Numbered from the stretch's first letter, positions 1 through 8,989 are shown. The stretch is 64,000 nt of DNA from an uncultured Gammaproteobacteria bacterium (GCA_964406795.1 CAYOTA010000002.1:81549-145548), one strand, 5' to 3'. Notes: generated by a model not told the origin, from the sequence alone. A program made the numbers and translations.

Positions 1-337
1 CAGGATCTTTCACTGTTATGTACTCTGCTATAACTCCTCCAAAACAATGCCCCACTAAAACACACTGTGTAATTTTTTCTGATTTTAAAAGCTCTAGTAC
101 TCCATTCGCTAAACTCTCGAATGTGTATGCACTTTTGATACTTGGCCTGGAGGATTTTCCTTGGCCCAATACATCTATTGCAAGGGTGTTGAACCCTTTT
201 TCCTGCAATAGTAAACGAGTGGGCTTCCATGCCGTCAAATCCCCTCCCAGTCCATGCAAAAACACTATACAGTTCTTGCCCTTTTCATCTACCTCATAAT
301 GAAGTGTCGTGTGATTAGAAGTTTTAAATAAGCTCAC
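1..337 (-). CDS. alpha/beta hydrolase fold protein, N-terminal part only (gene continues beyond window start)
   Basis: Minus-strand translation gives ...TLHYEVDEKGKNCIVFLHGLGGDLTAWKPTRLLLQEKGFNTLAIDVLGQGKSS...VLVGHCFGGVIA, with HG oxyanion-hole and GHxFGG nucleophile-elbow motifs; probable GTG start near 337. The listed + ORF 18..299 is its antisense. Confidence 0.55.
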   Translation of the reverse strand, partial: MSLFKTSNHTTLHYEVDEKGKNCIVFLHGLGGDLTAWKPTRLLLQEKGFNTLAIDVLGQGKSSRPSIKSAYTFESLANGVLELLKSEKITQCVLVGHCFGGVIAEYITVKDP

Positions 338-351
338 TACCTTATACTACC

Positions 352-1581
352 TCATTCCCAGTCTTTTCGGTAGTATTTTTTGCCGACTAAATTTTTAGGT
401 AAATATTCCTGCCTGCCGGCAGGCATGGCCTGAGCTGACTTTTCTCCCGTTTCTTTCTCAGTTATCCATGGGTATCTGTCGTGCCCTTTTCCATAATTAA
501 GATTTTTCATAACTTTATTTGCTGCATTTCGTAAGTGCAAAGGGATAGGATCTAGATTTTCAGAATCTATATCAGATAGTGCTTCAGAAATGCCGCTAGT
601 GGAGGCTATAGATTTTTTTGCGGTAGCTAAATATGTTGCGGTTTGCGACAAAACAAGAGTTGCCTCTGGCATTCCAATTAAATGTACCGCTTGCATACAT
701 GCAGTGGCAACCACAAGTGCTGTAGGTTGTGCATTCCCTATGTCTTCGGATGCAAAAATTAACAGTCTCCTGGCAATAAATAGTGGATCTTCTCCTGCCT
801 TTATCATTCTGGCTAAATAGTGAAGTGTTGCATCAGGATTACTTCCCCGCATAGACTTTATAAAAGCCGAAATAGTGTCATAATGATAATCTCCTTTTTT
901 GTCATAAAAAATTGCTTTTCTTTGCACTGCTTCTTGGGCTAGCTCTAGCGTAACCTTGTTTGATAAAGTTGCAGCTAATTCAATTGCGTTAAGCAGCGTT
1001 CTAGCATCCCCTGAAGCACTAGATATCAGATGACTTATGGCGTCCTTTTCAAATTTTACTTTGGGGAACTTTTTTAGTGCGGCAGAGGCAACCTTTCCCA
1101 AATCCTCATCAGTTAATGAGTACAAAACATATACTTGGGCACGCGATATAAGCGGAGCATTTACTCTAAATCCGGGATTTTCAGTGGTGGCACCAATGAG
1201 TATAATAGTGCCGTCTTCAACAAACGGCAAAAATGCATCTTGTTGAGATTTATTAAATCTGTGTATTTCATCCACAAATAATACTGTCTTTTTACTGTCT
1301 TTTTCTTTTTTTTCTTTAGCTATTTTAATAACTCTTCTCACGTCTTCTACACCAGAAGTTACCGCTGAAAAAAACTCAAAATGTGAGTCTATGTTGTGTG
1401 AGATAACGTGAGCCAAAGATGTTTTTCCACTGCCAGGTGGTCCCCATAAAATCATGGAGGAAACAGATCTGAGTTCTATCATGCGTCTGATGGGTTTGCC
1501 CTCACCTACTAGGTGGGACTGGCCTACGTAATCATCTAGTTTTTGAGGCCTGAGAAGCGCTGCTAGAGGTTTCTGATTCAC
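352..1581 (-). CDS. rarA: replication-associated recombination protein A (AAA+ ATPase RarA/MgsA)
   Basis: Walker A WGPPGSGKTSLAH, Walker B LFVDEIHRFNKSQQD, RarA-type C-terminal helical domain, 409 aa. Confidence 0.9.
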   Translation of the reverse strand: MNQKPLAALLRPQKLDDYVGQSHLVGEGKPIRRMIELRSVSSMILWGPPGSGKTSLAHVISHNIDSHFEFFSAVTSGVEDVRRVIKIAKEKKEKDSKKTVLFVDEIHRFNKSQQDAFLPFVEDGTIILIGATTENPGFRVNAPLISRAQVYVLYSLTDEDLGKVASAALKKFPKVKFEKDAISHLISSASGDARTLLNAIELAATLSNKVTLELAQEAVQRKAIFYDKKGDYHYDTISAFIKSMRGSNPDATLHYLARMIKAGEDPLFIARRLLIFASEDIGNAQPTALVVATACMQAVHLIGMPEATLVLSQTATYLATAKKSIASTSGISEALSDIDSENLDPIPLHLRNAANKVMKNLNYGKGHDRYPWITEKETGEKSAQAMPAGRQEYLPKNLVGKKYYRKDWE

Positions 1582-1956
1582 AAAAATAGTATACCAGAAA
1601 AAAACATGAAATTTTGGTAAGACTTTTTAATTCATGCAAGATTTTGCCCGCTTTCTTACACGGTGATTTAAATTTCTGATACAATGATTATTAGTTTTGG
1701 GCTACCTGACTCGACTTGTATATTAATGACAAGGCGGGCCTGCCCGCTTCTAAACAAAGCGGGAAGAATTTATTCAACGAAAAGACTTTCTTTAAGTCTT
1801 ATTCAACAACTTTAAAAGTACTCGAGTACTTTGTTTTATACAGTCCAAGACTATCCTTCTGTTGTCTCTATTTATTTCCTTTGGTAAAATTAGTGGTGTT
1901 TTCCTGGGTCAGTTTCGACTTGCTCGAACCTGATCCTTAAAAACTGAAGTTTTTAA

Positions 1957-2028
1957 GGGCCGGTGGCGCAATGGTAGCGTACTTCCATGGCATGGAAGGG
2001 GTTGAGAGTTCAAATCTCTTCCGGTCCA
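1957..2028 (+). tRNA. tRNA-Ala (anticodon GGC)
   Basis: Manual cloverleaf: acceptor GGGCCGG/CCGGTCC with the G3:U70 Ala identity pair, D-loop AATGGTA, anticodon loop ATGGCAT, T-loop TTCAAAT, discriminator A; 72 nt. Confidence 0.8.
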
Positions 2029-2058
2029 CAAGTAGCTTAGCTATTATCTTCTTCTCCG

Positions 2059-2619
2059 TTAAATCGGGGATCCATCCAGGCAAAAAGTGTTTGGTACAGG
2101 AGGAATAGTTACTCCTTCATCAGGTATAGCATTAGCAACTTTTTGCAGCGCAAGAGACAATTCCAATTTTTTAGGAGATACTGGACGTTTGCCACCCTTG
2201 AAGTGTCTATCAAGTAATGCTTGTACCCTGGGGTCTACGTGCAAATTTGGATTTAAGCTGTTTGCATCATGTCTGAGTAATTTCCTAACTCCTTCAAGAT
2301 CTGGCTCATCACCTCGCAAGCTATCCAGAATTCCACCTGTGTTTGTCACACTTTCAACATGTATGTCATATATATATTTTCCTCTACCATTTCTATAGTC
2401 TTCCCCTGAAGAATTTAACATAGCAAGAAATAGTGAATCTTCTTGTTGTTTGAGGAAAACTCTATCAACGGCTACATTTAATGCCTCAACAGGTGTGGGA
2501 CTTCCTTTTGCCATTTCTACAATCTTTTCATTATTAAAAGATTGTGCCTTTTTAACTGCCTGCTCTTTAGAAACTGGCTGGGGATTTCCTGACTCTCTAT
2601 TATCTGGAAGTTGACTCAT
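2059..2619 (-). CDS. hypothetical protein
   Basis: 186-aa ORF with no recognisable motif; position fits operon spacing. Confidence 0.45.
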   Translation of the reverse strand: MSQLPDNRESGNPQPVSKEQAVKKAQSFNNEKIVEMAKGSPTPVEALNVAVDRVFLKQQEDSLFLAMLNSSGEDYRNGRGKYIYDIHVESVTNTGGILDSLRGDEPDLEGVRKLLRHDANSLNPNLHVDPRVQALLDRHFKGGKRPVSPKKLELSLALQKVANAIPDEGVTIPPVPNTFCLDGSPI

Positions 2620-2639
2620 AAATAAATACTAGCAAATTT

Positions 2640-4121
2640 TTACAATCCTGCAAAGTAGTCGGTTTTGATACTGGTGGGTTTGATTCCGAGCTTATTCAGA
2701 GTCCCTTTGACCCCATGTACCATTCCACTTGATCCAGAAATATAATATTTCCTACCTTCATAATCAGTTACTTGTGTTTTTATGACATCTTCAGTTAAAT
2801 GCTGACCCTTAGATGAATCCACATATACAGCTTTAACGCCAATTGATCTTGCTTGATCTACAATATCTTTATAGGTAAATTCATCACTACTTCCACAATA
2901 GTGAATAAAGATTATATCTCGCTTTTCTCTACTATCTATTAAATACTTCAGCATACTTCTAAATGGAGTAATCCCTATTCCACCTGCTATAAACACAAGC
3001 TTTTTTGTGGTGTCTTTCGGAAGTATAAAATCTCCTTTGAGCTGCCCTGCATATATCACGTCTCCCGGCTTTAAACTAAATAGTGCATTTTTAAATGTGC
3101 TGGACGGATTATACTTTTTAACCCCTAGCTCAAGTGCCCCTTCTGTGGGAGAAGACGCAATAGTAAAGTAACGTCTTATTCCCCTAGAATCAGCCTTTGA
3201 GTGTGGTAGTGTCCATTCCATATACTGACCTGGTTTAAATTTTACCCACGTAGGTTTATCAAATATAAATGCATCAGTAGTTGGAGACAATTTTTGAATT
3301 TTTTCAAGGGTTAACTTGAGCCTCCATTTGGGGCTCACCGCAAATGCAAAAATATTACCAATTAATAATGCAAACTCCGGTGTTACGTAAAAATTAAACA
3401 CAGGAATCTGATATGTAGTTATAATTCCCACTATTGCTCCGTAAACCATCTGCATTCTCTTAGTAGATGGGGCTGTTATAGGTTCTGTTAGTATAATTGT
3501 TCCCAAGAATAGTAATGGCCAGGAAGTAAAAGCAAACTTGAGTGTCTCTAAAGGCGGTTGATTATACGTATATCCAAAAATAAGCATAACAATAAGTGCT
3601 GGGAGTAAAAATGAAAACAGCATGGTAAATTTACGGATTTTACGTACTACCAAAAAGCCTAAAACTACCATAGGCAGCAACAATGCCTCAGATCCCACCC
3701 ACCAAGATACACCTAAACCCAAAAATCCTACCACAAATGAACCCAGTGCTGCCGGATTAAATATATGTTTCCTATGATACACAATCACATATTTAGAAGC
3801 GATAGTAAGTACGCCTGCCAAAAATACTAAAAGATAGCTTTGTAAAGTATTCGAAGGGGAAAGAATAAAAAACAAAATAAGCGACGTTATAGCGCTTGAC
3901 TCTGTATTTGATGGAATTTTTAAAAATTTGGATAACACGTGATTTGTTGCAAAACAACTTATGAATAACAATACAAATGAAACAGAAAGAACGAGTGGGT
4001 CAAGGGATAAAATTTGCAGCAATGTAAGAATGAAAGACAAAATAGCAAGTACAACCAGCCCATATAGGACTAGTCTGTACATGGTGATAGAATTCAAAAG
4101 ATTATCTATTTTAGAAAACAT
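2640..4121 (-). CDS. membrane oxidoreductase: RnfD/NqrB-like multi-TM domain fused to ferredoxin-NADP-reductase-type FAD/NAD(P)H-binding domain (NqrF-like)
   Basis: N-terminal ~280 aa with ~8 hydrophobic helices ending LTEPITAPSTKRMQMVYGAIVGIITT, resembling the conserved C-terminal motif of RnfD/NqrB; C-terminal RRYFTIASSP (FAD RxY[ST]), GDFIL, LVFIAGGIGITPFRSM (NAD GxGxxP). Confidence 0.7.
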   Translation of the reverse strand: MFSKIDNLLNSITMYRLVLYGLVVLAILSFILTLLQILSLDPLVLSVSFVLLFISCFATNHVLSKFLKIPSNTESSAITSLILFFILSPSNTLQSYLLVFLAGVLTIASKYVIVYHRKHIFNPAALGSFVVGFLGLGVSWWVGSEALLLPMVVLGFLVVRKIRKFTMLFSFLLPALIVMLIFGYTYNQPPLETLKFAFTSWPLLFLGTIILTEPITAPSTKRMQMVYGAIVGIITTYQIPVFNFYVTPEFALLIGNIFAFAVSPKWRLKLTLEKIQKLSPTTDAFIFDKPTWVKFKPGQYMEWTLPHSKADSRGIRRYFTIASSPTEGALELGVKKYNPSSTFKNALFSLKPGDVIYAGQLKGDFILPKDTTKKLVFIAGGIGITPFRSMLKYLIDSREKRDIIFIHYCGSSDEFTYKDIVDQARSIGVKAVYVDSSKGQHLTEDVIKTQVTDYEGRKYYISGSSGMVHGVKGTLNKLGIKPTSIKTDYFAGL

Positions 4122-4133
4122 ACTAGTATTGTA

Positions 4134-5012
4134 TCACTGAATAAATAATTCAGCATTAAATCCCTTACTTTTTTCAAAAGTCATATTGGAGTATAAAATA
4201 AAAAATTCACATGGGTATATTGTTTTTGAAACATCGGATTGATCCAAATATAAAACGGTTGTCATGCCGTCAGCAATAAACGCTGTTTTTGCAGTTACCC
4301 AAACGGCGGAAATGTTAGTAGGAGAGGTGAGGGTTTGCGGATTAATTATATGGTGGTACTTCCCCCATTTACGTCTATTTCCTGCAGATCCGCATATACT
4401 TTCATTTAGTATTTCAGAAATTGCTATCACCTGTGTACTGTCTTGGGGATTTTCAAGACCAATTCGTGCCCCATGTAGTGAATTCGAATGATGAAGCATG
4501 TCTCCGCCAGCATTGATTAAAAATTCTGTGACACCCTCTTCCTGTAAAATAGTGCCAATGATATCAACAAGATATCCTTTTCCCCCAGCCCCAAAATCCA
4601 ATAATACAGGATTTTTTACTGTGAGAATTTGATTTTCATATACGAGTGCTTGATCTAGTAAGAGAGGGGAAACAACTTTTTTTGATTTTAATGTATAAGA
4701 AGCATCATAGCCTAGGGAAACGAGAGTATTTCCTATGAGAGGGGTAAACAGTCCATGAGTTTTGTGATAAAAATTTTTATAGATTTCAAAAAGCAAGGTA
4801 AAATCATCAGGCATTGTGTAGTTGCCTGCTTGTTGTGAAATTTTTGAAACTAGCGAGTCAGACCTAAAGCGTGAGTAATTTTTATCAAACTCCTCAATTC
4901 TATTCTTAATTATCTGAGCCAAAAAGTTTACTTTTGATGTTTCAAAAAATATATCAATTTCCCAGTGTGTTCCAATCGCCTCAAGTGAAAAAGAGCTTAA
5001 TATGTGCGACAT
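4134..5012 (-). CDS. apbE: FAD:protein FMN transferase (ApbE family)
   Basis: ApbE motifs LLDFGAGGKGYLVD and INAGGDM; length 292 aa. Confidence 0.8.
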   Translation of the reverse strand: MSHILSSFSLEAIGTHWEIDIFFETSKVNFLAQIIKNRIEEFDKNYSRFRSDSLVSKISQQAGNYTMPDDFTLLFEIYKNFYHKTHGLFTPLIGNTLVSLGYDASYTLKSKKVVSPLLLDQALVYENQILTVKNPVLLDFGAGGKGYLVDIIGTILQEEGVTEFLINAGGDMLHHSNSLHGARIGLENPQDSTQVIAISEILNESICGSAGNRRKWGKYHHIINPQTLTSPTNISAVWVTAKTAFIADGMTTVLYLDQSDVSKTIYPCEFFILYSNMTFEKSKGFNAELFIQ

Positions 5013-5014
5013 TC

Positions 5015-5503
5015 TTAGCTTTTTGCCTCAATTTTTATTTTTTCAAGCGCGTCTTGAAAACCTTTGGGAGTAAGAGACGAGCCTGAAACTTTTGTTAAAT
5101 TTACTTCATCAATGCGTTTACCTACTACCATTGGCTTATAATTTGCGATAAAGTCTGCTTGTTTTTTTTTCGTTGTTGGTCTGTTTGCTTGTGAAAAAAC
5201 TTCAACCTCGGATATTATTCCTTTTGTTAAAGTAACCGTTACGCCAATTGTCTCGGCTCCTCCAGGAGATATATATTCACCAACCTGTGTATAAATTCCA
5301 TTCTTGTATTCTGCCTGAATTGTTTGTGCTTCGGTGTTAAGCTGATTAGCACTTGGAGTTTGATTAACGATAGGTACAATGTTATTAGATTCAATCGTCT
5401 CAAGCCCTATAACGGAAATAATGATAAATAAAACTATGATAACAGCAATTATTGACGTTTTAGCGATGTTGTTGTATGGTCTTTTTGTGTTTTGTTCAAT
5501 CAT
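5015..5503 (-). CDS. membrane-anchored FMN-binding domain protein (NqrC/RnfG-like, FMN_bind)
   Basis: N-terminal TM anchor (IIAVIIVLFIIISVIGL), C-terminal FMN_bind-like domain with candidate flavinylation motif KVSGSSLT; strong SD GGAGGTGA 7 nt upstream; 2-nt gap to apbE. Confidence 0.65.
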   Translation of the reverse strand: MIEQNTKRPYNNIAKTSIIAVIIVLFIIISVIGLETIESNNIVPIVNQTPSANQLNTEAQTIQAEYKNGIYTQVGEYISPGGAETIGVTVTLTKGIISEVEVFSQANRPTTKKKQADFIANYKPMVVGKRIDEVNLTKVSGSSLTPKGFQDALEKIKIEAKS

Positions 5504-5646
5504 TTATAGATCACCTCCGTTCAAATTCGTCAAATAGACCGCAAAATAATATTTGAATATGTAGAAAGTCTCTACACCGATGCGCATTTACCGGTTAAGA
5601 TATCAGTGTATAAAATCGATGTGACGAATGCAAGAAAGAATTATTT

Positions 5647-6348
5647 TTAATGAACAACAAGTAGATTAAGAGCCGTTGTTACTACATATATAGCAACTAT
5701 TCTCAAAATAAGCATTGCGGTGTCTTTTAGCACAAATCCCTTTCTGCATTCATGGTGAATTTCATAAATTGAATCAGATAGCGCTATGTAAATAAAGAAA
5801 ACGGCAGTAATAGGGGGAAACACTGTTTGAATTATAAATTCACCTAAATCACTAAATACAAACATGAGTGTTGCACCTAGAAAGGGAAGCTTCTGCAGGA
5901 AAAACATTAATAAAAATAATCTTTTTGATTTAATTTTTCCTTAAGCAGTACCTCAAAGTTCCCAATCTCCTCCTACGGCAATTGACGTCACAATTCCTTG
6001 AGGAATATTAACAAGAAATGAAGCAGCAATAACTATTCAATCTATAAAACTATGCATGGTGTCCACGAACACAATAAGTGACACTATGGGTTCTCTTTTT
6101 ATTATCTCTCAATCACTTGAAGGGTGATGCGACCAGTGTAAAAAGCGCTCAAATAAGAAAAAGAAGAGTATTCCACTAGGTACACCTATACCTACTGTTT
6201 CAGAAGTGGGTTCATGTACGGATTCAGGAAGTAAATCAAAAAAAACGGTACTCAAAATCGATCCAGCTGCAAATGAAGAAAATAAATGGGAGATATTGTT
6301 TGATAATTTAGGACGGGTTAAAAGATGCATTCCCCCAAGTAATGACAA
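5647..6348 (-). pseudogene. fragmented ZIP-family metal transporter (zupT-like) remnant
   Basis: Two short ORFs (79 aa FDLLPESVHEPTSETVGIGV...HWSHH; 86 aa ...SDSIYEIHHECRKG...) resemble the N- and C-terminal thirds of ZIP/ZupT transporters; the ~200 bp between them has no intact frame. Confidence 0.4.
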
Positions 6349-6736
6349 AACTCAACCATGGCTGTGAATAAGAGCGATGCAGAAAAATAAAATCATTTAC
6401 AATTTTTACATAATTCAAAAAATTTAACCATGTGACTGGTTTATTTAAACTCGGTGGTGGCTTCTATTAATTTCTCCTGACTTTCAAATTCATGGTCTAA
6501 GGGAGTGTCAGTTACTCGCTTACAATTTATACAAATAATATGAAGATGACTCGGTCTGTTTTAAGTTATTTCGTACCGTTTTTTTACCGTTCCCAAATTC
6601 AACTTCTAAAATAACTGTGTGTTCTACTTGTAAGTATTAACTTTTGATCCATTTGTCTATAATAACGCAACTTACTTGCATTAGTATATGCAACATAGTT
6701 GCGTTTGTCAATAGAGTAATTTGTTATAATACTTGT

Positions 6737-7888
6737 ATGGTACGGAAACTATTAAGCAGTGTTATATTATTTCTTGTCTTCGCACATATAGTAGCCCCTT
6801 TGTCCTATGCTCAAAGCACTCAAATCCCACGAGGCAATGTACTTCCTAAAACAACCTACCACAAAGCAAAGGTTATTAAAATACTTGATGAAGGAAAAAA
6901 AGTTGAAGATGAATTTACATCTTTTTATCAGGTGGTGCAGGTGCAAATCCTTAACGGTTCAGAGAAAGGTAAAAAAGTAAACGTTGAGCAGGGTGGACTT
7001 AGAGAAACAACACCTCAGCAGTTTTTAGAACCTGGGGATGATATAGTGATTCTAAGATCAGTTGCAAAAGATGAAACATACTACACTCTGCAAGATAGAT
7101 ACAGGCTGGGAGGAATAATTCCAATATTAGTTGGTTTTTTTCTTTTGGTTATATTGATAGCCGGCAAAAAAGGATTTGGATCTATAATTGGACTGATTAT
7201 TAGCTTAGGAATTATAATGCTATTTATTGTTCCCCAAGTTTTAAAAGGTAACGATCCTGTATTTATAACTATCGTAGGATCTCTTTTAATAATGCTTATC
7301 ACCATGTATTTAGCTCATGGAATTTCTAAGAAAATTACAGTAGCCGTAGTGGCCACTTTAGTTGCTCTTGGTATAACTGGAGTGCTGGCAACTGTTTTGG
7401 TAGGAGTCGTACACTTATCAGGATTGGCAACAGAAGACGCAGCCATGCTATTATTGAATCCAGCGAACATAAACATGCGGGGACTGCTTCTTGCAGGAAT
7501 TATAATAGGAGCACTAGGTGTTTTAGATGACATTACTACTTCGCAGTCGGCAACTGTTTTTGAAATACATCACACTGATCCTAAACTTCCATTTACAACT
7601 CTTGCTAAAAAAGGATTCAATGTAGGAAAAGAGCATATTGCATCCCTCGTAAACACTTTAGTGTTGGCTTATGCAGGTGCTTCTCTTTCATTGTTTATGC
7701 TATTCGTATTAAATCCTGCAAGCCAACCCTATTGGGTACTTTTAAATTCTGAAATAGTAGTGGAAGAGGTAATAAGAACTATAGCAGGGAGTATAGGACT
7801 AGTTATGGCAGTGCCTATCACTACACTTCTTGCCGCATGGGTTGCAACATCTTCCAGGTTTAAAAAGTCCCCATTGACTAAAAAATAG
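6737..7888 (+). CDS. YibE/F-like integral membrane protein
   Basis: Signal/anchor MVRKLLSSVILFLVFAHIVAPLSYAQ, ~100-aa extracytoplasmic domain, then 7-8 TM helices; start at internal ATG 6737 preceded by TATAAT (6725-6730). Confidence 0.45.
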   Translation: MVRKLLSSVILFLVFAHIVAPLSYAQSTQIPRGNVLPKTTYHKAKVIKILDEGKKVEDEFTSFYQVVQVQILNGSEKGKKVNVEQGGLRETTPQQFLEPGDDIVILRSVAKDETYYTLQDRYRLGGIIPILVGFFLLVILIAGKKGFGSIIGLIISLGIIMLFIVPQVLKGNDPVFITIVGSLLIMLITMYLAHGISKKITVAVVATLVALGITGVLATVLVGVVHLSGLATEDAAMLLLNPANINMRGLLLAGIIIGALGVLDDITTSQSATVFEIHHTDPKLPFTTLAKKGFNVGKEHIASLVNTLVLAYAGASLSLFMLFVLNPASQPYWVLLNSEIVVEEVIRTIAGSIGLVMAVPITTLLAAWVATSSRFKKSPLTKK

Positions 7889-7943
7889 GAATAGGATTAC
7901 ATTTAATATACCCCCTTTAAAATACTAAGGTAGCAAAATAAGA

Positions 7944-8510
7944 ATGAATAACAAGCAACACATTCTAAAACATCGATTCATGCTTTGCAAAAGGCAAATT
8001 AAATCCAAAGGGTTTACATTGATTGAACTTATCGTAGCAATCGCTATTATCGCTGTATTGGCTGTTGTGCTAATTACTATTATTGATCCGCAAGAAAAGG
8101 TTTTGTCATCTCAGGATGTTGCTATGATTTCTGCAGTTAAACAATTTGGGGCAGCAGAGGATAATTTTGCCGCACTTCATGATGGGTATTATGCTGGGGG
8201 CAGCGGACTCAACAGTACGCTTATGTTATTAAATGCAACGGGTGACTCCAGAATATCTTCGTTTGATCCAAATGGATATACTATTACTTTTTTAAATTCT
8301 CCAAGTGCCGGCTGTGTCTCCGGAATATCATGCAGTGGATATGCTTTTGTGCTTCAGCTAAAAGCTAGAAAATATTTAGCGGGCATCCCACCCGTGGCAG
8401 GCCCATTTTTTCAGGTAGTAAATGGGAATAGTTGTTATGTGGCAACAGGTATAACGAGTACTCAGCTAGACGCACTTGATGGCTCATCTGAAGGACCAGG
8501 AGGATGCTAA
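7944..8510 (+). CDS. type IV pilin / pseudopilin (prepilin-type N-terminal cleavage-methylation domain)
   Basis: KSKG|FTLIELIVAIAIIAVLAVV: class III signal peptide with Gly-Phe cleavage site and Glu+5. Confidence 0.75.
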   Translation: MNNKQHILKHRFMLCKRQIKSKGFTLIELIVAIAIIAVLAVVLITIIDPQEKVLSSQDVAMISAVKQFGAAEDNFAALHDGYYAGGSGLNSTLMLLNATGDSRISSFDPNGYTITFLNSPSAGCVSGISCSGYAFVLQLKARKYLAGIPPVAGPFFQVVNGNSCYVATGITSTQLDALDGSSEGPGGC

Positions 8511-8764
8511 ACTTGCTCCAATCCATTATCGCAAAAACCCATTGCTTGAGTTTTAGCCCTCTACCCTATAAAATATACAGATCATAAGTTAATTAATTGA
8601 TTTTTACTTTCTATTTTACTTTTGATATTTAATTTTTGACTTTTGATTTTTTACGGGGTGTAAGCAGAGCTTGCTTTTTTGCTCGTTTCACTTTCAAAAA
8701 AGTAGTTCATAATTGTTTGCACAAATGAACTACAGTACAATTTGTTTCTACCCTGAGGGGTAAA

Positions 8765-8836
8765 AACAAAGTTACGGGGTGTAGTTCATCGGTAGAACGC
8801 TCGGTTTGGGACCGAGAAGCAGTGGGTTCAATTCCC
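8765..8836 (+). tRNA. tRNA-Pro (anticodon TGG)
   Basis: Manual fold: acceptor CGGGGTG/CACCCCG, D-arm GTTC-ATCGGTA-GAAC, anticodon loop TTTGGGA (G37), T-loop TTCAATT, discriminator A; 72 nt. Confidence 0.75.
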
Positions 8837-8989
8837 TCCACCCCGACTGAATGATGTATGCATAGAATTTTGTCTTATGCTACAATTATCTAAGTTAGTG
8901 TAGAGGAAGTTTCTCCGGATACCTGCATCTGCCTAATTTCAGCTTTCAAAGTTTTTTGCTATGGAAAAAAGGTTTTACTTTTACATGTA

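Noticed and set aside
18-299. 93-aa + strand ORF at the window start
   Set aside because: It is antisense to a clear alpha/beta-hydrolase reading frame on the minus strand (HGLGGD...GHCFGG). Its own translation is low-complexity.
2087-2398. Various 60-130-aa ORFs embedded antisense in long genes (for example 2087-2398, 590-820, 1037-1246, 23089-23358, 44389-44742, 59838-60312)
   Set aside because: They are fully contained within strongly supported genes on the opposite strand and show biased or low-complexity composition.
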